Positions 38,801-52,171 of a stretch of 64,000 bases of DNA are shown piece by piece (within the stretch, counting starts at the first letter, position 1; the number at the start of each line of letters is the position of its first letter). Under the pieces are notes generated by a model. The model did not search any database. It was not told the DNA's origin and saw only the letters and a program-made list of their open reading frames with translations. Position numbers and translations under genes: made by a program. The DNA lies in assembly GCF_000150275.1 (NCBI RefSeq), contig NW_002060953.1:2332414-2396413 (forward strand), read 5' to 3'. Origin of the DNA: Trichoplax adhaerens. Lineage: Eukaryota; Animalia; Placozoa.

Positions 38801-41800
38801 TTTTACTCCAAATAAATTAAAATCTATTTCGAATATCGTATATAGAGATTAGATTATGTAGCGATAATTGACTTAAGAATTTCCATTTGAATTTTATATC
38901 AGCAAAAATCCAGAGCTAGCAGTGCAAATTCCTCTCCACGCTCAAGAAGGACGTCCAATGTTGAAATAAATGATGATGACAGCCCGCTTAAAGTGTCGAG
39001 TCAAAGTTTTGATGACCGAAAACCTATTAAAAGCCCAAGTGCAAGTGTTAAAGGTGCCCCTGCCAATTTATTTGAAAGGAGACATTCTTCAGTGAAATTG
39101 GCTAGGACTGTGGTCTATGGCATATCAACAAGTATTTATTCACCGCGCATGCATGGCGGGCGTACTAGCATTTCTAAATCATGGCGTAAAAAATCAAGTA
39201 TGGCAGCTGCAGAAGTAGAAGTAGAAGCAAAGGATGATGATAGCAGTATTTTTAAACGTAGGAGCACAAAGAGGAGAAGGCAGTCGCCTCTAGACAGAAC
39301 CATATCTGCGGAACTGGGTGGTGTAGAAAATAGACGACGTTTTATGTCAACTAGAGTCCGTAAAACCAGTAAAGGATCCACGATAAGCAATTCATTCCGA
39401 CAAAGACTCATCCATACAGCAAGAAAATTCGAACAATCAGAGGATAATGAGCCAACATCCCCAACAGTAAAATCTAATTTTGATATTGATTCGTTCCCTT
39501 GGATTCGGTCAGTTCTACAGCTATGCACAGATAAAGACTTCAGCTGCAAATGTTTGCAGCAAGGTAACAGTAAATGTTATGTTAGCTGTCATCGCTTTCA
39601 GACCGATTGTTGCTACCAACTTTCGAACATCATGAAGCTAGTTTGCAGTCGAATTCATATACCCGATGAGTTATTTATTGCCATTTTGACATCAAGCAAG
39701 AGTCCATATGAAAATTTTACTTCATCAAATAAAAGATTAACTCCGTTTTTAACTTACTTAGATAAAGATGTAAGTGGTTCATGTTCGAGCTATATTAGAC
39801 TTTATTTAACTACATGCATTTGCCTATTTTTTATTACTCGATTCGTGGCAATTGTTAATTATATTTCGCTAATGATGAATTTTTACAATTCCTAGATGTC
39901 TTGCATTGCTTGCTCACCATTTTCAGTCATGTCAACTGCTGCAGCAACTTTGCCTGATTCAACCTATGAAAGCCTTATTCCTGTAACATGGCAATTGCTG
40001 TTAGAATCGGAATTAAAATTATCGTCTGTTGCTTGTAAGTAATATAGTTAAAACCAAATCTCCCATGTCTCATATTTCATCGACTCCTTATAATAATCTG
40101 CCTTCCTTTCTTCAATTCTAGCTACAGTTTTCCTCTTGGCCTCTTCCAGGAAAGAGGAATATGTGCAAGAACTCCTTCGAGGCGAATTTAACTCAAAAGA
40201 TGCTTCACGTATCGTTAAATGTATCCAAAGGTTTGTACAAAAGTACTATTGCCTGAAATTTTAAATTATTAAGTTTATCGTTTCATAAATATAATTTAAG
40301 TTACGTTATAACTCTACCTTTTCATTTAGGTTTAGCATCTTATGGAGGAATCGATATAATATGTCTCCTAAGCTTCCGCATGCCGCTTATAAATATTTTA
40401 AGGTAGTGGAGAATGTATTGTTCAGAAGAATAAATGATGGTTGCTATTTTTACTTTCTATCGCTATTTTTTTTAAACTCTAGTTCGGGCCACCACGTGTT
40501 AAATTTACTTTACCTTCTCCTGCCTTGGGTCTACCAGCGCAAGCTGTGCCAGATATTTCGTGGGTTTTTGCATCACACTACAGAAATCCTGGAGACCTGG
40601 ATGATAAGGTAACTTTTGAATAATTGTGATTCAAATTCGTAATGATAGAGCAGTTGGACTGGTGTAATCACAAATCATTTATCCGCAGAATCAATGTCAT
40701 TAAGAAGGATGCAGCGAATTCTATTACCCTATCAAGCTTTTTAAACAACTTCATGTACTTTTCTTAATCTATTACTTTAGCTTTCCATAGTTGGTTACCG
40801 AACTGAAGTAATCTCTCAAAGAAGAGAAAAAAAAGAAAAAGAAATAGCACAAATGAAAGCAAATCAGAGAGAAAACTATAAATTGCTCTCCATACCGCTG
40901 ATATCGCACGCCTGTAACCAAGACGAAGGCGAAGGTTAGCCGCAGTATCGTCATTTATTCCAAGAACTTATGTTTAAATAGTTTGCGTGGTGATATTATC
41001 CTTGCTATGAATGTAATGTTGTTTATTCTAATACTATAAACCAGAAACCGAAGGGCAAGATAAGGAATACAATCGAATCATGCAACAACCTTTCTTTCCT
41101 CCTTCGCTCACTGCTTCGGTAATTGATTTAATAGCATGCCTGGAAAATGCTGCTACGGATTTTAACGGCGTATCTGGTAAACTTTTATTCAATTACTTCA
41201 GTTATAATTGAATTATTGATATAACGTTCAAGAAGTCCTTTCGCTGCCTTAATTACAAATTTATAGCTGACGTACCGCTTTGATTTATCGACGTAGTTAT
41301 GAAAACTAGCTTGCAAGTAATATGGTCTTGTCTGGTTGAAGAACCATCGCTGTTTTTTCGACATTTTATCGAAAATTTGTTGGATCGTGGTTCTCAGGTA
41401 AAGCTATTTCACAATTACTCACACTGGTACCAAAGGTGTCGTGACTACAATGTCTCTACAAAAGATAGCATTTCCAACCTACAAGTGCTCATAAATACTG
41501 TTTCATTAAAAGTTTGCTCTCGCTGTTTTCAATTTAGGATTTACTACTGCAATCCATTCGTAAGCTTTTGCTTTGCTTACCTTATCTACCTCAGGCTGCA
41601 GCTCATTTTTTACTGAATCATTTGGTATGAAGCATACATAGATTGCTAAATCATAGTATTAACAACGCTAATGCACTTTATCGAAATTTAACTTTTTTTG
41701 ATCGCTACCTTGGCTGCTAAACAATTAAGATTGCTTAACCTTGTAGTACATTTCGCTTCGGTTAGGTTGGAGTTGTAATGCATCAAGTCAATAATCCAAC

Positions 41801-44800
41801 AGAATTTTCCAAGCGCTCCATCATGTCTGTAATGTCAGTAGTATGGCAGGTAAAATTTATTGTTCGGTAGATTACAAGAATATGACACATTTAGCTAGAA
41901 AAATATTACCCTTAATATTTTACCTATCCCTCAGGTTGCTTCTCACGTCCATGATGTCAAGTTGAAAGATATCAAAGCCACTCTTCGAAAGGAGCAAAGC
42001 GATGTAAAAATTTAAAGACATACTATCCTATTAATTGCAGCTAAATAAGCCTAGCATTCTCAATACTGTAGCATTTTTAAATGTAATTTTCGAATTTTTA
42101 GTCGACGGTATTAATTTGCGCTGGAGGTCCGGGAGCTAAGGTAAATACAAACTAAAAACACTTGATAGTTATCTATTACCTGATTTCAGCTGCAATATAA
42201 AGTATTCATTACAAAATGCTGTTATTTTGACAGAACGTTATTTTATGAACTAAAATTTTATCTTACAGAAATTAAAGATTTTTTCACCGGAAAATCTAGA
42301 AACTGCTATTGAAGTGCCGCTGCATGAGGTCAAATTGCTATCACGTATTAATTTACCGCTAGTCTAGGGCATTAAGTTGTTATTTTCGTGCAAAATATTA
42401 AGAAGTAAAAAGGTTTATATTTCCTTTAATTTTTACAAGTAGGACATGCAAATGGGACGTGTTTACGATTTTGCCATTGCTCGATCACATTCACATCGCG
42501 ACGAGTATTGCTTAATAGACCAGAAGTCGGGTAAAGCAAATCATACTTTCATATCACCTAAGATCATTTAATTTTGCTGCTTACAGAACCAAAGAAGTTT
42601 AAGCTTTACTCTCAGCAAATTTTAAATATCGAATCTTCAAATAAGCGATTCTTTCATATCCTTAGATTATGTTTTCGACTCAAAAGACTATGTCATAGAT
42701 TTCTACAGTCATCGTAACAATCCACCACCTAATTTGTTGATTAAGAAATTATCTCGCAATGACAAGGAGCAACGAATTTCTGCACAGGTGTGGCTGATGT
42801 AAACTAAAATAGTAAAATAGTTACAGTATTGATGAAATAATGAAGTATCACTGACCATTTAATCCAATTGCAGCTTTTCTAATAAATTCTACTACAGTGA
42901 ATATTTCAATGATACCACATTAAATCTTATAAATTTAAAAGATTATAACTAGAAAATTGGCAGAAGTCGGGAAATTACTTTTCACCCAAGTGCTAGTCCA
43001 CGTTGATGATAATCAGGTAATAAACGAAATGCTTAGCATTAAGCTAGCTATTGAAAAATCAGATATGACATAAATTAATTATCATATTTGTACAAATAAT
43101 CTTTTCTTGAAAAGCACTTTACTGGTGAATGTTTATTTTAATCTTGAATAGATCTTACAGCAATCCTTACAGCTCCATTCTGATTTAGTGAAGCTGCAAT
43201 CATTCCCTAGGACCGCAATTGATGTCGATTTCGTTCTTTGTGGTATAGAGACCTATGGTCGTGTAAGTGGGCGCAATTTACTTTATATGGAACCTTGAGA
43301 AGCACTTGAAATTAGTGGCTGAGCTACACATCTTTATTATCAAGAGTGGCTTAACATTGGCCTTGCTATGTTTTATTTATAGGAATTAATCACTACAGAT
43401 ATTGTGCAAAGGCTTTCATGGATTAACTTTATCTTGGAATTGTTTCAAGGAATTGGTTCGACATCGTCATATTTATGGTCTGATGAATTCACGTCGTATA
43501 TTAATATCATTAACGGAGCAATATTAATGCATAGTGAAGAGGTTATAATCCTGAGATCTGGTCTGGCAGTGTTTATAAAAATTGCTCAACAATTTGGTCA
43601 ATCGTTTATAAATAATTGCGGGTATATTACGCTTACCACTTATAATACCTAGCAAATCTTGAAATGAAAGTGTTACTTTAATTAATATAATATATATATT
43701 ACATCTAATAGAATAATTGCTTCTACCAATGTCAATGCTTTAATTCTTCAAAATTTCTATATTCCAGTTATAATTGCATCCTGCCGACATTAATACAAAT
43801 ATATGCTCACCATTATCATAATTCGTTGGCTAAGCAAGCCATAGAGGTAAGCATATAGCGTTAATTCACCTTATCTAGTAGTATGTATGCCGTCAATACT
43901 ATATTATTACATTAAGTATAATAACCATCTGGCATAAATTACTCTAATCATGTCATCTATTGTATTCCAATTAGTTTACATGGAGTCAATTCTATGCAAT
44001 ACATAGGAGCCCTTTCTTACTCCGGGTATAATTGAAATCGTTAATATTATGACAATTTTAGTTCAACTATTTCAATCAATGCATTTAGTAATCGTGAAAC
44101 CGAATTCGTTCTAATAATGTAACCAAACTGAAAATTTAAATTTTCTTCGCTCTGCTAATACATTAAATAACTTGAGCCTTCTTTAAGTTAATTGTTTTTT
44201 TCTACGGAAACCGTAAGTGCCTCGCTATAATAGAACCTTTGCTATCAAAGCCAAACATTGCCGTGAACGAAACCGAAAAAGTAAGTAATTTACAATAATA
44301 TTAGTGGATAATATCGAAAAAAGTAAAACCAATACTAACAATGAGTTATACCTCAGATATCAGCTCACAACATGTTTTCCTTATTGATGTCCATGGAATC
44401 GAAACCGAGTGATCCGATTGGTATTCTTGATCTTTTCGAAAATTTACCCAAAGCAGCAGTATGCAGCGATTCAAAATTCCAATTCAACATCTTCTATTTT
44501 ATTTTACGTAGCAATAATTAGAAAGTTTTACTCGAATAATTACCGAAATAATTTCCATCTAGTGCTGATATTCAAGTTCTGTGTTTTAATCTAATTTGAC
44601 TTAACCTTTTGCAGGACAACTGCTACGATTCTGTAGATTGGCAATTCGACTTTAAATTAGTTATTCGCCTCTGTGTAGTAGTATTTGTTTATGCACCAGA
44701 AAGTAAAAGAAGCTTTCAGTTAATGGTAAAGTAGCTAATACATAATTTGTTCCCGGTTTCGACAGCAGTTTATCTACTTTATTGACTAACTTTCATTTTA

Positions 44801-47800
44801 AACATGCTAGAGTATTCTCAATTTATTATTGCCCTACTATTACGATCATCTCCGAGAGAAAACCCGAGTGAGCAAACAAAAACTTATTGATTGCAAGCTT
44901 GAAGTGGATGCTCTAAACGAAATTGCTTCTTCCATCCATTTATTACTGAAGAACAGTAAATTCATGGCAAAGTTAGCTTTCATCATTACTAATTAATATG
45001 ATATATCTTTATCATTTCTTGTTTAAAAGTAGTGAAAAATACAGAGCATTTTTGCGTAATTACTTAGGAGTTTTACCATACCGCAAAAGTTATATAATCA
45101 TTATGTACTGCATGGTGATAACAAGTACAAAAGGAAAGATATGGAAAGCAGCAATCATAGTGTATTCATTGATGTAACAAGTTCCATAACTGCTAATCAA
45201 ACATTTAGTTTAACTCGGCAATCAACACCCCCTTACAGGTAAGGCTCTCAAAATACAAATGGTAAACGGTAATTTAGACGGAGAAAAACTTCTTGCTTTC
45301 AAATTTACCACAATTCTAAACTAATACTGATTTTTGGAATTCGATCTTCTATTACAGGCAGGGAACCTTCGAACAGGCATCTATGTTTCGTGAAGGCGAA
45401 AAATATGATGGTGGTGCACGGATCAAAGATAGTCAACGCGGAGACTATCTACTATCTATCGTGTCTACATTTGTCACAGTACACTTGCAACGTCTAACTG
45501 AATTAAGTCATTACTTACCAAGGCAATATTCCATTTCTGACGTCTTTGATAATAATTGCTTTACGGTAAAATCAATTACTGAGAAAAATCATTAATATAA
45601 TCAGATCCTTTTTATTAACAAATATGATCACTTTATTACATTTATGATAGATTATTACCGATGTGACCGTATCTTTATTCAAGCTGGCTCTTTATGACTC
45701 TAGTGTAATGCGAAATGTGAATATCTCTAGGTAATGGCATTGCTTTGACTCGCTGGTAGTTATGACTTGAAATTTACCTTCTATCACGACATAATCTAGA
45801 TATTTTACACAAATTATGCCTGCAATTGACTGGCTACACCCAAATTTGTTCAAGTATTTTCGATCATTTATGAAGAAGTTAGATAAAGTACTTCATAGTT
45901 CAGCTAGAATGCAAGCATTCCAGGTATGGTCATCAATTAAGTGATGGATTATATTTGTAGATACTGCAACCTAAGCTAAGATATCGAGAATAAAAATAAT
46001 ATCATAAAATAGTCTAGCTTACTTCATTATTGCGCTGTTATATTGATTAATATCATCATTGCTACATGGTTTTAGACATCCCAAAGTTGTGAATTAATCG
46101 TGTCTCTGGCAAAAGGTGATTGTCAGTAAATGCAAATAAACTGAAATATTTACAGCGTTTAAGAAAATATTTTGGCATACCGTTGATAAACACGTAAAAA
46201 GAATAAGACAACCTCTTAACTTTCTTTTTTCTTAGGATTGACTACGATCATTCAGAAAAAGAAAGAATTAGCTGGTGTTCAAACAGTACAGGTTGTTTTA
46301 AATTAAAATTTTAACATGATCCTATGATGTAAACCACTAATGATTTAGTATTACGAAAGTATTGTATTATTAAAGTAAAATTATGTCTTGTCAATAGGGA
46401 GTAATCAGTAGCTTAGTATCCTTTCTATACGAAAATGTCCCTCCATTTGATGAAGGAATTTCTGGATACAATGATACAACTTTAAATAGAGTACCCGATG
46501 CCTTCCAACAAGCAGTGCTTGACTTGGTAGTTGTTGAACTTTATACAGTTAAAGAATTTTCATGTTTAAGAGCAGCTTGCAATAACGACTTCGAGTTTGG
46601 AGATAAAACCGAAAAAGAGCTGGTCTTTATCCGCTTTTTGATACCTCTAACCTTCCAAATTGCCAAGCATAATTTCTTAGGCATGAAACTAACTTTTGAA
46701 TATATTAAGAATGAGTGATTGATCCTTTGTTGACAGCTTAAATACAATACTTTGTGTCATGCTTTGACTAGAACAAGCAAATAAAGTTTTAAAAACTTAT
46801 TATGACATTATTATAGGTGAAGACTGCTGCGTCTTGTATCCTGACATAGTTTTCTTAATGAAGTGTTACCTAAGTGCCCTAGCTAATCAAAGCAAACAAC
46901 GCCGAAAACTGATGCAGTTTATGCCAGAATTAATTGGCCATCCCCCTAATAGTTTGCATTGCGGTAGTTTTAGCTTCTTACCGAGAAAGAACCTGTCGAA
47001 ACTAAATGAAAATAAAATAGAACAATTGCAACATATAGCATTCCTAGGTAATGTAACTTTGATGTTGATTATTTCTTTGCTTACGGTGAAGCTACTTTGA
47101 GTATTAAGTTGGTAAAACATTGGATTAATTTCGTAAGTGTGGCAATTGTCTTTGTATCGTTTTATGAAAGGTCTAAAAGTCTTGATTACCAGTTTCCATA
47201 AAGTACTCGGAAATCATTGGCTGCTACTGAGTAAATTTATCCAAGAATATTTCACAACGGAAATCGGTATGAGTATTCGGAAATTAAAATTTTTACCCTT
47301 TTAGTAACAGAAACACCTATCTATGACCATAAAGGTGTATTCCTACAAATAAAGTATTGCATATATATGTTAAAACTAAAGCCCGAATCCCATATTTATA
47401 TTTAAAGCAGCACAAGGTATTTAAATACTTTAGGTACTAGAGTTTATATTGCAGATAGAATAATTATGAAATTACTATCGTTTATTGTTGGGAATTGTTT
47501 AAGTTGAGAAATGTCGACTCAATACATTTTATCTCTTCAATCTTGATCTAGACAATGAATGCTTAAGAATAGCACTTTTGGACTTTATTAAATTTACCAT
47601 GATGTATAGAACTCCGTTATATCTACATCTGCTACCGTTTGTCAAGTCTTCATTAGTGAGGATTACAAATTTAATTGGTCTTGTTATCAACTGCATATAG
47701 TAGCAGATATAAGATACCCCTAATCCTTTTAAATGACGAAGCACGTATATGTCTTTTTGTCTTTTTAGACAGAATTATTTGAAAAGAAGGACAGAAATGA

Positions 47801-48287
47801 GATCATGAAGCAGCAAATTATCGAAATTCAGCAAATTTCAATGCAGCCTTTCTTTGATAGCGCAGAATCTTGCTTAAGCAGACTATATGACGAATTTGAA
47901 AAAATTACGTTTACGAAATTGGTTTTAATCGATAGTGAGAACATTCAAGACGATGAAATTAATTCTATACTTGATACGCCTACAAGTAACAAACTCTTAG
48001 TCAGAAGTAAGAGCTATCCATTAATGTTCAACGAATTTGCTAGTAACCGTGATGATGATGAAATCGTCCATCATGATCGTAGTATAACACAAGCTACAGT
48101 TTTCTGTTCAAAGCTAAGTATTAATAAAGCTAGGATTAATTTTATGATTGATAAGCATCGTTGTAGAACTGAAGATATCAAAAAGGCTAAATCTGCCGAA
48201 GAAATTGTAACAGAAATAACTTGCTCCAATGAAAGTGAAAATTGTAACGAATGTGACAATCAGGATTTACGAGAGACGATACTATAG
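32844..48287 (+). CDS. UNC80: Protein unc-80 homolog (NALCN channelosome subunit), many exons
   Basis: N-terminus VPLVIQNYFWK..FMRPKLGK..ENK..ISRWDFVAAATPHVIRC..AETKLMYTLHWILL. Internal hallmarks LGCQYGCGEGIRG, CSQPGSVP, SPIVARA, RFSILWRNRY, IWSCLVEEPSLFFRHF, FPRTAID, FYAIHRSPF. Most exon junctions that I traced joined in frame; not every exon was checked. Confidence 0.95.
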
Positions 48288-48372
48288 CCAGAAGACTGAT
48301 ACTGTTCTATTATTAAATTAACGTTTTATTAATTAATAAGAACTTATTAAATTTTTCTAAACTTCTGAAACG

Positions 48373-48399
48373 TGTAAAGTCTTGTAAAGTCTTGTAAAG
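48373..48399. repeat. 10-bp tandem repeat (~2.7 copies) in UNC80 3' region
   Basis: tgtaaagtct tgtaaagtct tgtaaag. Confidence 0.7.
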
Positions 48400-49228
48400 A
48401 TATTATGGTCCAAGTTAACTAAATAAGCAGATGTTCACAAGTTAACTTTAAATTAATAATATTTGAAAGTTCGTATGAGTAAACGATTATATTTATTGGA
48501 TAACATATACTTAAACATAGCATTTAAATAAACGTTTGATGACAAATCGTTTTCCAAATTAATCACATATTGATGCTTGGGCATTATCTAGTGATTGCGT
48601 CATTGGCCAAGATCATTAGATCCTTTAATAATATTATCGACAGTCATTCTTAGTTCTAAATGAATTTTCGATAATTCTCTAGAGAAAATATTTAGACTAA
48701 ACGCTTACAAAATTAATTGTAATATGCCAGCATAGCTAATGTATAGATTCATTTCCACAGTTTTCAAAGATACTTGGTAGTTTATAACGAAGAAATAGAA
48801 GGAGATATTGCTTATGCAACAGTCAACTGTGATTTACTTGAATTCGATATAAATTTAGTACCGTAGTTTTTGACATGATTTAACGCTTTAGAGTATAGCG
48901 TGGATTTAATAATTTGATATTTAGTTTTAAAATGCCGATTATATGCTTTAATATACTGGTACAGATATTGGAGTAGCAAATCTGAGAAGCAAGTCATTTT
49001 AATTAGATATTGAAGAGACATTATTGTGTTTAGGTCTTAAATAGTAGCTGTATGAAATCTAGCTAGATTTTCTTATCTGTCTACATTTATCATAAATATT
49101 GTTAAATTAGCTATATAAATGAGTAGGCAGACAATCTATTCTCTTCCGCATTCAAGAACGTATGAAAATGCAGATATTCACGTATATCAATAACAGTATT
49201 ATGTATTTCATGGTATACGATAGCTTTC

Positions 49229-50137
49229 TTATGGCCGTATTTTTACAGTGCTGAGGCGCAGAGAAACTTCATAATATGGTCTACGTGGCAATCCTAGTGA
49301 TATTTTAAGATCTGTGACAAAATTTAAAATTTATCGTAATTAATCTTATAAATTAGACTGCTTTTCATGAGTCTCTGGTAGAGCAATGGGTCTGTTGATA
49401 CTTGTCACAATTGACCAACTATTTTCACCCGTATTACTAACGGTTAATTTGCGAGCGGTGCCTGGTTTTCTGACATTACTTTTTCCTTCGGAGAAAATAG
49501 ATTCGTACGGATCAGCCTGACTGCGTCTTTTTTTACGGATACGATAGATGATATAGGCGAGTGCTATCAAACCGGCAAGAATAAGGCAACCAACTGCTGC
49601 AATAATAGCGATATAGGTTACTTCCTCTGTTCAAAGGAATTGAAATGACATATTAATGGCTTTTAAAGGTTAATACAATCTCAACAGAGTTGACATATTG
49701 GAAATATCTTAGCGAAATAAATATCTAACGTTATAACTACTGAATATTTAGGCACGAAATGGCTCTCAATGATTGTGACGTAAAATAACAGCATTTTTAG
49801 CTACCAGGAAATAACTTATAAAACGTCTATAATTGTACTAGCATCATTATTTCCTATTCTTTGTATTTTGTAATACTCGCAATCTAGTGTACTGTTGCAT
49901 TGCTGCTTCCCAACCTAACTGATTTAAGAAATATACAATACAAGCTCTGAGATCGTAGGCGCGAAATCGTTGCCGATCGCAAGTAATCTACTGCAGCTAG
50001 CAATAAAAACTGAGTAGTAATTTATAATTTGTAAAGGAAGGATTGTTTTCATACGGAACAATTGTTTACTTGATATATATTGGATTACCGTTTGTGGTTC
50101 GTACCAAAAGATTCGTCGAATTTCTTGAACTGCTCAT
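49229..50137 (-). CDS. Orphan ~109-aa single-pass (type III-like) membrane protein; exons 50137-50089, 49626-49429, 49311-49229 (alternatively unspliced to a stop at 49346)
   Basis: MSSSRNSTNLLVRTTN|EEVTYIAIIAAVGCLILAGLIALAYIIYRIRKKRR..PYESIF.. GT-AG junctions are phase-consistent. A clear TM helix is followed by a basic stop-transfer cluster. Confidence 0.65.
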
Positions 50138-52171
50138 GATATGTCATTTAGATATCGTGATTCTGTAGATTTTGAGCCCAATTAATGTGTTGCATAAGCC
50201 ATACCAAATGGATCTAGTAATGGTGGTACCAACGGGAAGATTGATTGATTGATGGGGAAATTATGAAATTTGAGAATAACTGAGGCTAAAGGTGTGTCTA
50301 TTCTATCTAGACTTGGGCGTTGTTTTTCGTAACTTATAGAAAAATCAATCCTGGAACGTGATCATACGAATAACGTTAGAAATAAAAAAGGAATGAAGAA
50401 AACGAAATAAAACCAAAGAAATATGCTATTTCTCTTGTGCTTGTATGACAGAAATATTAAAGCTAAGTAGCAGATTTGATGAAGACTAATTCCAATACAC
50501 TTTGTATTCCTAACTGATTCCATCAAGTTTAACCCTCAAACTAATGGAAACAATCAAACAGGTTGATTTTGCGATTGTAGTCTAAAAAGTATAGTATATT
50601 TATAGTACTCGACTTAGTGTAATCATTCAATTACTTTTAATTATAAATTAATTTAGTTACATTGCAAGTGACTGATAAATTAACCACTTTACGGCTGAGA
50701 CAGTAAATCAGTTTATCAAACTTCTAGCACCGAAAACGCTCTTAAAATATACAATTTTAATACTCTATATCTTAAATTGTTAAGTAGCGTAATCTGATAT
50801 AACTCACGCTGTTAACTTGTTTTTGATGAAATCGTTGATATATCATAGCAAAGCCGTTTTTATTTATAGTAAAAGAATTTAAGTTTCATAGCGAGACATT
50901 TACCTACAAACTGGAATCGTAAATTTATCTCCAGTTAGTCCTACTGTGATTTGCTCTTAAAATAATTAAGTATCTACTGCGAGCGTAAAATACTATAGAA
51001 AATCATTAGTAAAATAGTACTTTGACTACTCCTTTGTGTATTGTGCAAGAGTAAAAGAGTAAATAAATTATGCTCCGTTACTATCATACATAAATAAAGC
51101 GGTAGTTTTATACCTAACCTATGAGTTGATAATATTCAATGTCCTAGTAAATAAGCTAGCAAAAAAAGATCATGAATATGTTGCGATGAAGGTTGCAGTT
51201 AGGCGTAGCTTTACCAGAAAAATCAAATTGTTATGCAGATGAGCATTAGTATAATAAGAACAATTATAAAGTAATTAATTAATTAATTCTAAAACCATTT
51301 CTTCTCTGATCCTGCGTACTGAACTGGTAACTATGAAACCGTATATATCCGTAATTCGTATAAGTAACTAAGGTCTATAGCTTGTATATAGTAGGGGCGA
51401 AACTGAGCGCTGCTGAATATGTAAATAGTAGGTTTACTTTGAAAAGCGCCACAGGAATTTATTGGTAAAAAATTTAAAGACTCGAACGCTAACCTAGAAT
51501 TAAAGTGAGCATTTAAATTGGCAATTGATCTTACATACGGTACATTCACGACATTGCTCAATTTCTAGGCAATTACTTATAATTGGTATCGATTGGCATA
51601 GTTGGAATGTACTGCACTTACTCTCGAGTGTTGATAAGACGGCATATTATTCAAATATGATTTATTTAATCATACCTGAAAGTACAATTAATATGAAACA
51701 AATGGAGTATCCCGTAAATATAACTAGCAGATAAAAGTCTTAATATAATCCACGGCTAATATTGAACAAGATACAAATAATGATCGAATATTTACATGTT
51801 TATCACAACGACGACAATATAATAATTCCTTAAAGGCCATAAGATATACACATCAATGCGTTGAACCATACTATTACCTTTCCTATTGTCGGTAATAAAT
51901 AATGCATCATTACATACAGAAATTTATATAGAATTCTTTGACAGCTAATTCAACGGGGGATTTATAAAGAAAAATAGTCTAATCAAACTTAGCCAACTTG
52001 ATGACAGCAAACACCTACATTAATGTTTGTAGCGCAACAGATGCCCGTATTTCGCTGCAATCTAACTATTCGTGATGATTTTACATGAAAAGTGAATGAC
52101 TCTCCCTTCTGCTTGCAAGGTAATTTGACAATGTGTAGACAATCGGTTAAGCCTCAAAAGCATAATACATA

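Noticed and set aside
39136-39549. 137-aa antisense ORF and other antisense ORFs within UNC80, PSMD1 and the kinase gene
   Set aside because: Shadows of long real exons; no independent coding evidence.
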